Shown here: one piece after another, positions 32,801-40,454 of the stretch
How the letters are laid out: each line of letters begins with the position of its first letter
Numbering within the stretch: position 1 is the stretch's first letter
IMG/VR virus record: IMGVR_UViG_3300005077_000022
Location: 1 to 57,380 of that record
Direction: 5' to 3' (one strand)
From: a virus
DNA: 57,380 nt
Notes under the pieces: model-generated
What the model saw: the letters and a program-made list of their open reading frames with translations, nothing else
What the model was told of the DNA's origin: nothing
Database searches by the model: none
Position numbers and translations under genes: made by a program

Positions 32801-34228
32801 GGCGTCAGCCACTTCTTGATCGACGGTGCGGCCCCCGTCGTCACCACCACCACCACGGCCTCGCTGCCCCAACGCTCGGTCCAGTGCCCCGAGGTCCGGG
32901 CCACCGTAGCCACCCCGTGGGGTCCACGACGGTGCAGGGGTCATCAACTGTTCCGGCGGCGTGTCGGCGGGCGCTTGGGACATCCCGCCCCAGTACGATC
33001 CCTCCAAGCTCACGCGGGGCCGGTAGATGCCCAGCCGCTTGGCCACTTGCTCGTCCGTCTCCCGGCGGATGAGGACGGTGCCCCCTTCCGTGGTCGGGGC
33101 ATACCCCCGGTTCGCCGCGATGCGGGCCTGTTCGCCGATGGTGTATTCCATCGCGGACTGGTCCATGTAGTTCTGGAAGTTGGGGTTGGCGAACGAGAAC
33201 CGCTCACTGGCCCCGTACAGGAGGCCGAGTCCCACGCCGATGGGACTGCCCCGCGTTACGGCCCCGCCGATGATGGCCCACTGCAATTCCGGCGGCAGGG
33301 CCTTCCACGTATCCACGAAGCCCCGCACGCTGTTGGACAGGGACAGGAAGTCCTGTGCCGCCTGCCCTGCGCTGGTGGCGATGCCCCGGACGTGCCCGGC
33401 GATGTCCTGCACGAGCAGTCCCCGGTTGGCCTCGATCCACCGGAACACCTCATCCACCACGTTTTGGACATGGGGCAGGGCCTGCATCATGGCGTCCCGG
33501 AGCACGGAGTCCACGACCCGGCCCAGCATGGTCAGCGAGTCGTTGAACTGATCCGCCGCTCGCGCCGCTTCCGTCCCGTAGGCCAAGCCCAGCCGCTTCA
33601 CCCACTCCACCTGTGAGCGGATGCCTGCCTCACCCAAGTTGAGGAACGTGATCATGGACATCCCGCCGCGCCCGAAGATCTCGCGGGCGATGTTCATCTT
33701 CCGGGTGCCGTCCTCCAACTGCCCCATTGCCCCGGCCATCGCCATGATGGCTTCCTCGGGCTTGGCGTCGGCGAAGGCGCGGGCGTCCACGTTCAACGCC
33801 TTCAACACGTTGCTGATCTTGCTTCCTTCCTCGCGGGCCTCCACCTGTGCACGAGCGAGGAACCGCATCCCCGCCGCGAGTTGGCCGATGGGCAGTTCGG
33901 CGTCTTCGGCTACCACCCCCAACGTGGACAGGCTTTCCACCGCGATGCCCATGCGCTGGGCCATCGCGTTGATCTGCTCCATCTGCTGGAGGGGGGCGGT
34001 GAGCTTCCCCCACACCTGTTCCACCCCGGCCCATGCCTGCCGCAGAGCGTTCAACGCCTGCGAGGCGGTGACCACCGCCGCCTGCCATCCGGCGAACCCG
34101 GCACGCCCCTGCGTGGTGGCCCGGTCGGCGGCGTCCCCCAGCCGGCGCAGTTCGGTTCCCATGTGGTCGAGGACGCGGACGGCTCCGTTGTCGTCCACCA
34201 CGAAGGAGATTTTGACTTCGTCAGCCAT
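29816..34228 (-). CDS. Tail tape measure protein, 1470 aa
   Basis: Size, helical/coiled-coil composition, Gly-rich hydrophobic block (GGVGLGALGLIAGGVGLAAPLIAGAVGG...) and position after the G/T chaperones. Confidence 0.9.
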   Translation of the reverse strand: MADEVKISFVVDDNGAVRVLDHMGTELRRLGDAADRATTQGRAGFAGWQAAVVTASQALNALRQAWAGVEQVWGKLTAPLQQMEQINAMAQRMGIAVESLSTLGVVAEDAELPIGQLAAGMRFLARAQVEAREEGSKISNVLKALNVDARAFADAKPEEAIMAMAGAMGQLEDGTRKMNIAREIFGRGGMSMITFLNLGEAGIRSQVEWVKRLGLAYGTEAARAADQFNDSLTMLGRVVDSVLRDAMMQALPHVQNVVDEVFRWIEANRGLLVQDIAGHVRGIATSAGQAAQDFLSLSNSVRGFVDTWKALPPELQWAIIGGAVTRGSPIGVGLGLLYGASERFSFANPNFQNYMDQSAMEYTIGEQARIAANRGYAPTTEGGTVLIRRETDEQVAKRLGIYRPRVSLEGSYWGGMSQAPADTPPEQLMTPAPSWTPRGGYGGPDLGALDRALGQRGRGGGGDDGGRTVDQEVADAAKRLRESDAEKAKSMQAQEILARAVLMSRQNELGVLQQQLTTMQGQDASLEQQVQAAARIEGAEQRVLLAQRAQLEAQLATNAAKQQANNLTGGDLQVLRAEAQVLRVEMDGVDAKLAEGPRRVQQITEEFKRAHTVVRSLGDTLNSSIQRAVDGLLTGQQGFTLENALKGTGQALASEFIGGLLEAQLKKNEFDVMVTENFTVKLPGVFGIGAKLMSGAFDTAFTGIESSAASTAAQVGGTLRNVPGVGNIAALANLPELFGGGSAVAPGTGTVLAPSGGGTTVATPGPWASGYVYPSSSGTGGGVGLGALGLIAGGVGLAAPLIAGAVGGQDAQSWVGQGVTYGGLAGGIVGGVVGATAGGAALLGASGGASIGTILAGSAAGGLIGIVLGAVVAGILYALKDQIFKPPTQENLTTTVARKAIREIGLPDPLANIGLEGRGVYQIARDLRTAKDLQLFNAVLGPYYEGPPMGGPGTPAQGSVWNDGRTVNKANQILWRFEAEQRARDSLIYRTLYGVDNPNTSRDDVMHRNKGAWALGKVLGLSVEEADRFQNIVVNNALLYQEDPKYTQQRLYDIAMESGVTPRSALKELEKQVLAGEMVPSTYAQGIIGLADLLAPGMPKGVNLATMLGADAQLRFRGNESLPPNIQALWHEVRVPVRPGKNYGEFAYGNVLDTEKAATEIERIIKVFEDLEEASKSAARNGVAAFNEALAAGEDGAAAFRKAMTEEVVTGIQTAMVEQAWASITALPSFEALQTVIGTGVAAGPEGFDLAAITGALSTFATDALPLVEAWSVAQRQLAAMLQMQPDTLRESATTLREEAEDTRTRLLLSPRQQEARRRTKLTELDTELTALRAGGVAPDEAARVLELLGERAQLGRDITSGAGTYRQGSARYRREVMFGTGVLESTASLYEGLADAQMDATGALQENTTAVQQLTAEMRKRSAGDGGVVVVQERGSTVDTPRGRAGLLRALRSDPSVRRAIRDVVVGRG

Positions 34229-34655
34229 CGTCGTCAGGGGTGTGATGGGTCAGCCGCTTCACGGCCGGTTCGTTGAGCGTGTTGCGGACAGTGAGCATGG
34301 CCTCCACTACCAGTGGGGCCGGGTCGATCATCACCGCATCGTGGGCCACCGTGAACAACAGGTGCAACGCTGCCCAGTCGATGGAGTAGTGCTTTCTCCC
34401 GGTCTTGGCATCCGCCAACTCGGCAGACCCCACCATCATCCACACCTCGTACATCCGTTCCGGGAAGCCGAAGAACTGCGAGCGGAAGCAGCGCGTGCGA
34501 CACTTGACGGCGGCCTTCCACGGGTGTTGCGGATTCTGGCTCCACTTCGCGCATTGATCGCAGCTTCTTGGGTACCGTGGATCACCTGCGATGCGCGCAT
34601 AGCGGATTAAGGCGTCGAGCCGACGGTGGGCATCAAGTCCCGCAGGGTCACCATC
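34221..34655 (-). CDS. gpT-like -1 frame extension of the tail assembly chaperone
   Basis: Hand translation: this frame is open from 34655 with no ATG/GTG/TTG until ATG 34454. It overlaps the last 49 nt of 34607..35044 in the -1 frame and ends 8 nt inside the tape-measure gene. Confidence 0.5.
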   Translation of the reverse strand, partial: DGDPAGLDAHRRLDALIRYARIAGDPRYPRSCDQCAKWSQNPQHPWKAAVKCRTRCFRSQFFGFPERMYEVWMMVGSAELADAKTGRKHYSIDWAALHLLFTVAHDAVMIDPAPLVVEAMLTVRNTLNEPAVKRLTHHTPDDDG

Positions 34656-35044
34656 TCACGGGACAGGTTGCTGATGGGGGTGGCGAACCGATCCGCGTGG
34701 GACGCCTTCCACAGGATCCGGGCGTTCTCCACGCTGTACCGGATGCCCCCCTCGTCGTCCATGTCGGGCTGCTCGTCGTCGGCCACCACCCCCAACTCCC
34801 GCAGCACGTTCGCCGTCAATCCGGTCCACCCGGCGATGAAGAAGTCCGGGGCGAGGTCGTTGTAGAGGTCGTCGTCGTGCTGCATGGTGAGCCGCCCGGT
34901 GGCCGGATCTGGCTTCAGCTTGGTGCAGCGGTCGTAGAACTGCTGGAGCTGGAATTTCGTGTACCCGCGCACCATGACCTTGAACCCACCACGCAGGGTC
35001 ATCTCGTGCTGGAGTTCCACCGTCTCCTTGATCTTCAGAGCCAC
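34607..35044 (-). CDS. Tail assembly chaperone (gpG-like)
   Basis: 145-aa acidic ORF between the major tail protein and the tape measure. Confidence 0.65.
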   Translation of the reverse strand: MALKIKETVELQHEMTLRGGFKVMVRGYTKFQLQQFYDRCTKLKPDPATGRLTMQHDDDLYNDLAPDFFIAGWTGLTANVLRELGVVADDEQPDMDDEGGIRYSVENARILWKASHADRFATPISNLSREMVTLRDLMPTVGSTP

Positions 35045-35119
35045 AGAACCTCCCGGTTGGTGGCGGGATGATCCCGCCGGGGGCAGTGTAGCCCACCCCC
35101 CCGGCGGTGGGGAAGCGGA

Positions 35120-36127
35120 TCAAGTGAAGGTCAGGGTGAACTCGGCTTCGTTCGTCGCGTTCTGCAGCTTGTACTGCAGTTGGATGGTCCGGTACCCGTT
35201 CTGCGATCCCTCCGAAATGCGGATCAACTGCGCGTCGTTGAACGCGAACGCGGCTTCCATCCCGGCCCCGGCTCCGTCGCCCAACGTCCACGCGAGGTCG
35301 TGCGTGGTCGAGTTGACGAGGTAGCCGAAGATGTCGTCGTACTGGAGATTGTTGTCCGTGGTGGACAGGTCCGTGGCCAGCGTCAGGCGCAGCGTGGGGG
35401 CGCGGTCCACGAACAGGGTACGCTTCATCCCGGTGGCGCTGTTCATGTCCCGGATGCGCTCCACCCGAATGCCGAGGTCCCATTCGAACGAGTCCATCAC
35501 CCCGGTGTACGCGGAGCCACCGCTGGGGGTGATGCTGCCTGAAATGTTGTAGCAGGGCTGCGCCCGGTTGGTGCCGCCCGTCCACCCGGTGAGGGCGGAC
35601 ATCACCGGGGCGTTGTAGAGGCCGAGGCCGCTGTACCGGCATTCCACCCCTGCCTCCGGGTTCCCGGCGAACACGATGTTCCCCATCAGGCCCGTGACGG
35701 CCTTGGTGACCCCGCCACCCGGATCGGTCTTGAGCGTGGCGCTGGCGATGTCGGCGATCGCCGCTGGGGTGTAGACGATGGACACCCCGGCCGACACCGT
35801 CTCCTTCAAGCCCGCCGACCGCAGCAACGCGGACTGACCGGAGAACCCGTTGACCACCTTGTCCCCGGCGGTGCCGCTGCCCTGAAGCAGGAACGTGAGG
35901 TTCACCGGCTGCCAGCGGGCACCGATGATGTCCTTACGATGGGTGAACGACGACCCGTGGGGACGGAACGGGAACGTGCTGGCTTCGAAGCCCACGATGT
36001 TGGGGCTGTTGATGGCCAGCACGTCGTCGGTGCCCCCGGCGGGGGTGCTGTCCGTGCCGTAGGTGGTCTCCACCTTGGCCACGGTCGCGCAGATGCGCTC
36101 ACGAGAGGGATCGAAATTCCATGCCAT
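35120..36127 (-). CDS. Major tail (tube) protein
   Basis: 335-aa beta-rich ORF at the canonical position upstream of the chaperones. Confidence 0.6.
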   Translation of the reverse strand: MAWNFDPSRERICATVAKVETTYGTDSTPAGGTDDVLAINSPNIVGFEASTFPFRPHGSSFTHRKDIIGARWQPVNLTFLLQGSGTAGDKVVNGFSGQSALLRSAGLKETVSAGVSIVYTPAAIADIASATLKTDPGGGVTKAVTGLMGNIVFAGNPEAGVECRYSGLGLYNAPVMSALTGWTGGTNRAQPCYNISGSITPSGGSAYTGVMDSFEWDLGIRVERIRDMNSATGMKRTLFVDRAPTLRLTLATDLSTTDNNLQYDDIFGYLVNSTTHDLAWTLGDGAGAGMEAAFAFNDAQLIRISEGSQNGYRTIQLQYKLQNATNEAEFTLTFT

Positions 36128-36130
36128 TGG

Positions 36131-36592
36131 TCAACCCTCCTTGGGTTCGGAATCCACCTGCGCGAACGGACGCCCCAGCGGCATCCAGTATTTGAGGGCG
36201 AAGGACCGAAACAGCACGCCCAAGTTGGCTCGGTGTTCGGCGAGGTCGCCCAAGACCGTGCCGGTGGGGAGCAGCGAATACGCCACCCCGCCGACCCGTT
36301 GGTCCGTGTCCAGAATCTCGTGCAACCGTGCCGCCAGCACGTTGCCCTGCCAGCGGAAGTCCCCGGCGTCGGTGTAGGGATAGGCGATGGCCACCCCCAC
36401 GTTGAGCGTGCAGAACAACTGGCCGCTGGCCCGGGGGTCGTACTCCTCGTCGTACTCCCACAGGTACGCCCACGGCAGATCCTGCCGGTCGTATTCGAAC
36501 GGCACCTCCACACTCACTCCGCGCACCTCGCGGGAGGCCAGCAGCTTGCCCGCGATGGCGTTGACGCACTGATACCGCAGGGGCACGTCCAT
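36131..36592 (-). CDS. Tail terminator / tail-completion-like protein
   Basis: 153-aa ORF by position between the head-tail joining genes and the tube protein. TGATG coupling. Confidence 0.4.
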   Translation of the reverse strand: MDVPLRYQCVNAIAGKLLASREVRGVSVEVPFEYDRQDLPWAYLWEYDEEYDPRASGQLFCTLNVGVAIAYPYTDAGDFRWQGNVLAARLHEILDTDQRVGGVAYSLLPTGTVLGDLAEHRANLGVLFRSFALKYWMPLGRPFAQVDSEPKEG

Positions 36593-37224
36593 CAGTCCCC
36601 TCGCAGCGTGCGGACGCTCTCCGGTCCCAAGCGGCGCACCAACTCCTCACGGGTCCGGGGCTGCATGGGCTTCAACGCCGGTCGCCCCGGCACCGTCACT
36701 TGCTGGTGCAGCGAGAACAGGAACAGCAGACCCCCGCGCCCGTGATTCGGCCCCTTGAAAGCGTTGACCGCCAGCACGTTGGTTCCCGGCACCCGGAACA
36801 ATCCCACCCAGTCACGCGGTCCACCCCGCGCCACCCCCGCAGGGGTGAGGGCCGGGGAGTCGGGGATGGGGAGGGTCAGTGCCCCGGCGTTCTTGGGGCG
36901 GATGACCGTCACCCCGTCCTTCTCGTGGACGGCAGCGTACTTGAGCACGGCGGCAGCGGTACCTGTGTCCCGGAGGATGCCGAGGTCCAGCGTGATGTTC
37001 CCCCGGTCGTCACGCACCTTGGCGGTGTACGCCCGGCGCAGTGCCCCGGTACGGACCCCGGTGGACGTGGCCGAGTGGCGAGTGCGGTATTCCTGCCGCA
37101 ACGTCCGCACGGCTCCCTGCCCCACGGAGTTGACCACCCGCATGATGGTCTGGCGCAGCGCGGCCTTGCGCCCGCTCATGCGGGCCAGCAGCTCGCTCAA
37201 GGCAGTGAGGCGCACGCCGATCAT
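36592..37224 (-). CDS. HK97 gp10-like head-tail joining protein
   Basis: ATG 37224 (MIGVRLTALSELLARMSGRKAALRQ...). TGALRRAY...YAAVHEKDG...PKNAGALTLPIP pattern. ATGA overlap upstream. Confidence 0.45.
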   Translation of the reverse strand: MIGVRLTALSELLARMSGRKAALRQTIMRVVNSVGQGAVRTLRQEYRTRHSATSTGVRTGALRRAYTAKVRDDRGNITLDLGILRDTGTAAAVLKYAAVHEKDGVTVIRPKNAGALTLPIPDSPALTPAGVARGGPRDWVGLFRVPGTNVLAVNAFKGPNHGRGGLLFLFSLHQQVTVPGRPALKPMQPRTREELVRRLGPESVRTLRGD

Positions 37225-37700
37225 TCCGTGGGGTCCTTGGTAGTGTCTGCGGTCGGCCACCCCGCTTGGACGTCGTCGTGGAGTCCCACCCGGAAGTACG
37301 GCTGCGTCTCGTCCTCGTCGTTTCCCTGCTCGTCCTTCCGCGTCACGCGCACCGCTGCGGACCACGGGGCCACGGCCAGCGTCATGGATTCCCGGAGGCT
37401 CGTTGCCAGCTTGCGGTATCGGTCGGCCCGGCTGGACAGGGCGAGGTTCGTGCTCCCGCCGCCGGGGGTGCTGACCGACTTGTCGATCTCCCGGGTGTAG
37501 TACGCCGCCAGAAACTCGGCGACCGCCACCGCCGCCTTGACGGTGTTGTTCCCCGCGTCAGCCAGCGCAGCCGCGATCTCCTCGTCGCTACACTGGCGGT
37601 CCGTGTCCTCCACGTCGCCGACCAGCCAGCGCACCTTGTCGCGGGCGGTTCCCGCCGGGTTGCCGCTGTATGTCCATCGACCGATGATGGTCCGTGGCAT
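37221..37700 (-). CDS. Head-tail adaptor-like protein
   Basis: ATG 37700 (MPRTIIGRWTYSGNPAGTARDKVRWLVGDVEDTDRQCSDEEIAAAL...). Assigned by position in the connector block. Confidence 0.4.
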   Translation of the reverse strand: MPRTIIGRWTYSGNPAGTARDKVRWLVGDVEDTDRQCSDEEIAAALADAGNNTVKAAVAVAEFLAAYYTREIDKSVSTPGGGSTNLALSSRADRYRKLATSLRESMTLAVAPWSAAVRVTRKDEQGNDEDETQPYFRVGLHDDVQAGWPTADTTKDPTE

Positions 37701-37707
37701 GAACGCC

Positions 37708-38223
37708 TCACGGTGCCGTTTGGACGAACCCCGCCGTGCAGGCCACGTTGGCCGTGGTGGACGACGTGAGCATGACCGCCGTGTCGGGCGGTGCGCACAT
37801 GGGATACCCCGGGTCGATGGTGGCGGTTTGAGTCCCCGCTCCCGTGAACCGCAGGGGTGGAACGAGGTTGTGCCCCCCACCGGTCACCGACACCACGGCG
37901 GCCCCATCCGCCGCACACCCGAAATGGGTGAGGAGCGTTTGCTGGCCCGGGGTGGCAGGGGCATTGACCAACGGCACGGGCGTGGTGTTGGCCACGGCTT
38001 GCGCGACGTGGGCAATGCGGCCACGGGCCACGTCGGCACGGGCCGAGAGGTCCACGGGCACCTGACACACCACACCCGCGCCCGCCGTGGGGGTACGGGT
38101 GGGCGTGTTGGTCGGCGTCACGGTCGGTGTGTTGGTCGGAGTGGGCGACTGACCAACGGCAGGCGTGCTGACCGCAGCCAGCAGCGCCGCCGCGAGAAGC
38201 GCCCGCGCAGCGGCGCATCGCAT
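37708..38223 (-). CDS. Secreted protein with signal peptide and TPT linker, embedded in the head/connector module
   Basis: ATG 38223: MRCAAARALLAAALLAAVSTPAVGQSPTPTNTPTVTPTNTPTRTPT... Confidence 0.6.
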   Translation of the reverse strand: MRCAAARALLAAALLAAVSTPAVGQSPTPTNTPTVTPTNTPTRTPTAGAGVVCQVPVDLSARADVARGRIAHVAQAVANTTPVPLVNAPATPGQQTLLTHFGCAADGAAVVSVTGGGHNLVPPLRFTGAGTQTATIDPGYPMCAPPDTAVMLTSSTTANVACTAGFVQTAP

Positions 38224-38227
38224 GGGT

Positions 38228-38803
38228 TCACCCTCCGGGCTGGTAGATGACGGACAGCCGCTTGCTCCCGTCGTAGGTGCTGCCACTGACGTCCACGCCC
38301 GACGTGCTCTTGCCCGCCGCCAGCGTGGGGCTGGCGATCCGGGCGTTGGCGAACTGGACGTGCTTGACGGCGGACGTGTTGACGATGTCGTTGGCGAGGC
38401 CGATCACGTTCCCGCACCCCACCTTGATCATGTCCGCACTGCCGCCCGTGATGGTGCCCGTGATCCCGGCCACGGTGGCGCTCGTGACGCTCTTGAAGAT
38501 CTTGGTCCCCGTGAGGGTCTTGGCCGAGGCGAAGTTCAGCACCTCGGTCACGGCACGCCCCTGCGGGTCCAGACCGACCACCGTGCAGGTGCCCCCGGTG
38601 ATGGAACTGTTGGCATCGGTGAGGGTCACGGTGATGTTGCGAGGCGTGTCGGGCTGCGCCTGCACCGTCAATGCCTGCGTGCCGGTGGTGGGCGCGACGT
38701 TGGCGACGATGGTGTCCGTCGCCGCCAAGGCCGGTGCGCCAAGGTCCTCACGGACGTGGATGCCGGGGAAGTCGATCAGCGTTCGACCACGAAGCCTGAT
38801 CAT
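38228..38803 (-). CDS. Hypothetical structural-module protein, 191 aa
   Basis: Beta-rich ORF with Thr/Gly/Val-rich composition, between the capsid and connector genes. Confidence 0.55.
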   Translation of the reverse strand: MIRLRGRTLIDFPGIHVREDLGAPALAATDTIVANVAPTTGTQALTVQAQPDTPRNITVTLTDANSSITGGTCTVVGLDPQGRAVTEVLNFASAKTLTGTKIFKSVTSATVAGITGTITGGSADMIKVGCGNVIGLANDIVNTSAVKHVQFANARIASPTLAAGKSTSGVDVSGSTYDGSKRLSVIYQPGG

Positions 38804-38806
38804 GGG

Positions 38807-39007
38807 TCACCCTCCCGCTCGCGCCGGGCGCTCCCGGCGCTCGCTGCTCGCCACCGTTTGGGGTGGCGGGATGTACCGCTCCAGCAGCCTGCCTGCCACG
38901 AGCGAACCGACGTTGCGCCAGTCCCCGGCCTCGACCAGTTCGTCCGGCTGGTACCGGCGGCCGTTCTGGCCGGGGAACGAGCGCAGCACCCTGTAGATGT
39001 CCGCCAC
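38807..39007 (-). CDS. Small hypothetical protein, 66 aa
   Basis: GTG start. MADIYRVLRSFPGQNGRRYQPDELVEAGDWRNVGSLVAGRLLERY. Confidence 0.45.
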   Translation of the reverse strand: MADIYRVLRSFPGQNGRRYQPDELVEAGDWRNVGSLVAGRLLERYIPPPQTVASSERRERPARAGG

Positions 39008-39016
39008 AGACCCCCC

Positions 39017-39982
39017 TTACGCCACGGCTCCGTTGAAGAAGTAGCCGAGGTCCGACCCCGTGACGACGTTGTCCCACGCCATCTCGATCTCGTACCGCAT
39101 CGCCTTGATCAGCGGCGCCTCGATGGACGCGATGGCGATGGTGCCACTCCCGTCCCCCACCCCGGTCCACATGAAGGTGTAGCCCGCGCTCGGGGACACC
39201 TTGGACGGGGCCGGGGCCGAGTAGCACAGGAGGGCGTGCTTGCCGTGGATGAAGTCGTACGCGGCCGTCTCGCCTTCCACGTTGGTCGCCTTGACCGCAC
39301 TGGCCACCACCACCCGCTCCACTTCGAACAGGGCGGCGAGGGCCTGCGTGGTCACCGTGGCAGGCTGCCCCGGCGAACCGGCGTACTTGATCCGGTCGAT
39401 GACGTCGGGGTGGTGCTTCAGGATCTTGTAGACCTGATACCCCAGCACCAGCCGGTTCGGCATGAAGCCGGTGTTCTGGCACACCGTCTCCTTGCCCACT
39501 TCCACGTCGCCGATGGGGTCGCTCGTGGCGTAGTCGCTCCACAGGGCGGTCGGCGTCTTGTCCGTCCCCCACACCGACGTGGTGAAGAAGTCGGAGGCCC
39601 ACTGGCGCTCCATCTTCTGGAGGCCCTGCATGGTGAGGAACTGCGCGATCTTCTCCTCGGGCGATCCCAGCCCCGGTGCGTCCCAGTCGGCGGCGGTCTG
39701 GTTGTCCAGATCCTTGTGCAAGCCGAACGTGACGCAGCGGTAGTTGGAGTTCGACACCTTGAAGCCACTGCCGGCGGACTCCGTGGCCGGGGGCCGCACG
39801 GCCATGTCGTCACGGAGGAACGCTTCCTTGTCGAAGACGAAGTACTTGTCGGACGACTTGGCCACCGGGACCACCGGGAACACCTGTGAGGCGATGAATG
39901 CACTCTGCTGTTGCAGGTACATGATCGCTACGTCGGTCAGCGGTTGGTCGATGTGGACTTCGTTGCGGGTGGGCTGCGGCAT
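39017..39982 (-). CDS. Major capsid protein (lambda gpE-like family)
   Basis: N-terminus ...LTDVAIMYLQQQSAFIASQVFPVVPVAKSSDKYFVFDKEAFLRDDMAVRPPATES fits the gpE-type family pattern. RBS GAAGGAGA. Follows the decoration and scaffold genes. Confidence 0.8.
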   Translation of the reverse strand: MPQPTRNEVHIDQPLTDVAIMYLQQQSAFIASQVFPVVPVAKSSDKYFVFDKEAFLRDDMAVRPPATESAGSGFKVSNSNYRCVTFGLHKDLDNQTAADWDAPGLGSPEEKIAQFLTMQGLQKMERQWASDFFTTSVWGTDKTPTALWSDYATSDPIGDVEVGKETVCQNTGFMPNRLVLGYQVYKILKHHPDVIDRIKYAGSPGQPATVTTQALAALFEVERVVVASAVKATNVEGETAAYDFIHGKHALLCYSAPAPSKVSPSAGYTFMWTGVGDGSGTIAIASIEAPLIKAMRYEIEMAWDNVVTGSDLGYFFNGAVA

Positions 39983-40016
39983 GGTTGGTCTCCTTCGCTA
40001 CGTCGCGCCGCGCCGG

Positions 40017-40415
40017 TCAGGCGAGCGTGCGTGCCCCGACGCAGTTGACGACGGCGGTGATCAGACCCCCCGCCGCTGCGTTGTCCTCGATCACGGTGCC
40101 CACGATGTACTTCGTGGTATCGCTGGCCGTGTACGCCGCCGCCTGCCCGTCGGCGCTGGTGCCGATGCTGTCGCCGTAGGCCAGATCCGCATCCCCTTGG
40201 ACCTTGGTCTGGCCGATGGCGACCACTTCGGCCGGGTCGCCCGTGTAGGGGCGATTCTGCAGCACGCCGATGGGCTTGTCGGTCGCGGCGGCGCATAGAC
40301 CGATGGTCCGTGCGGCCGTGAGCTTGACGAACTTGTACTGATTGCCCACGGCGGTCAGGTCGGCACCGGCAATCAGGCCGGTGATCTTGAGGGGCTGCGG
40401 TCCTTCGAATGCCAT
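40017..40415 (-). CDS. DUF2190-like head decoration/cement protein
   Basis: 132 aa. GADLTAVGNQYKFVKL...KPIGVLQNRPYTGDPAEVVAIGQTKVQ...GTVIEDNAAAGGLITAVV pattern. Position directly upstream of the capsid gene. Confidence 0.65.
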   Translation of the reverse strand: MAFEGPQPLKITGLIAGADLTAVGNQYKFVKLTAARTIGLCAAATDKPIGVLQNRPYTGDPAEVVAIGQTKVQGDADLAYGDSIGTSADGQAAAYTASDTTKYIVGTVIEDNAAAGGLITAVVNCVGARTLA

Positions 40416-40454
40416 GTCGGATCTCCTCTCAGGTCGTCCCGTTGTGGGCGGCGA

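Noticed and set aside
34234-34554. Alternative 106-aa minus-strand ORF between the chaperone and tape-measure genes.
   Set aside because: The translation is Arg/Gly-rich. The overlapping frame (34221..34655) gives a protein-like sequence and has the expected -1 relationship to the gpG-like ORF.
36617-36630. GGTCCCAAGC on the plus strand inside gene 36592..37224, matching the cassette loop sequence.
   Set aside because: It has the opposite orientation, lies inside coding sequence, and has no flanking complementary stems, AATGC box or GCAGAGGG box. It is most likely chance.
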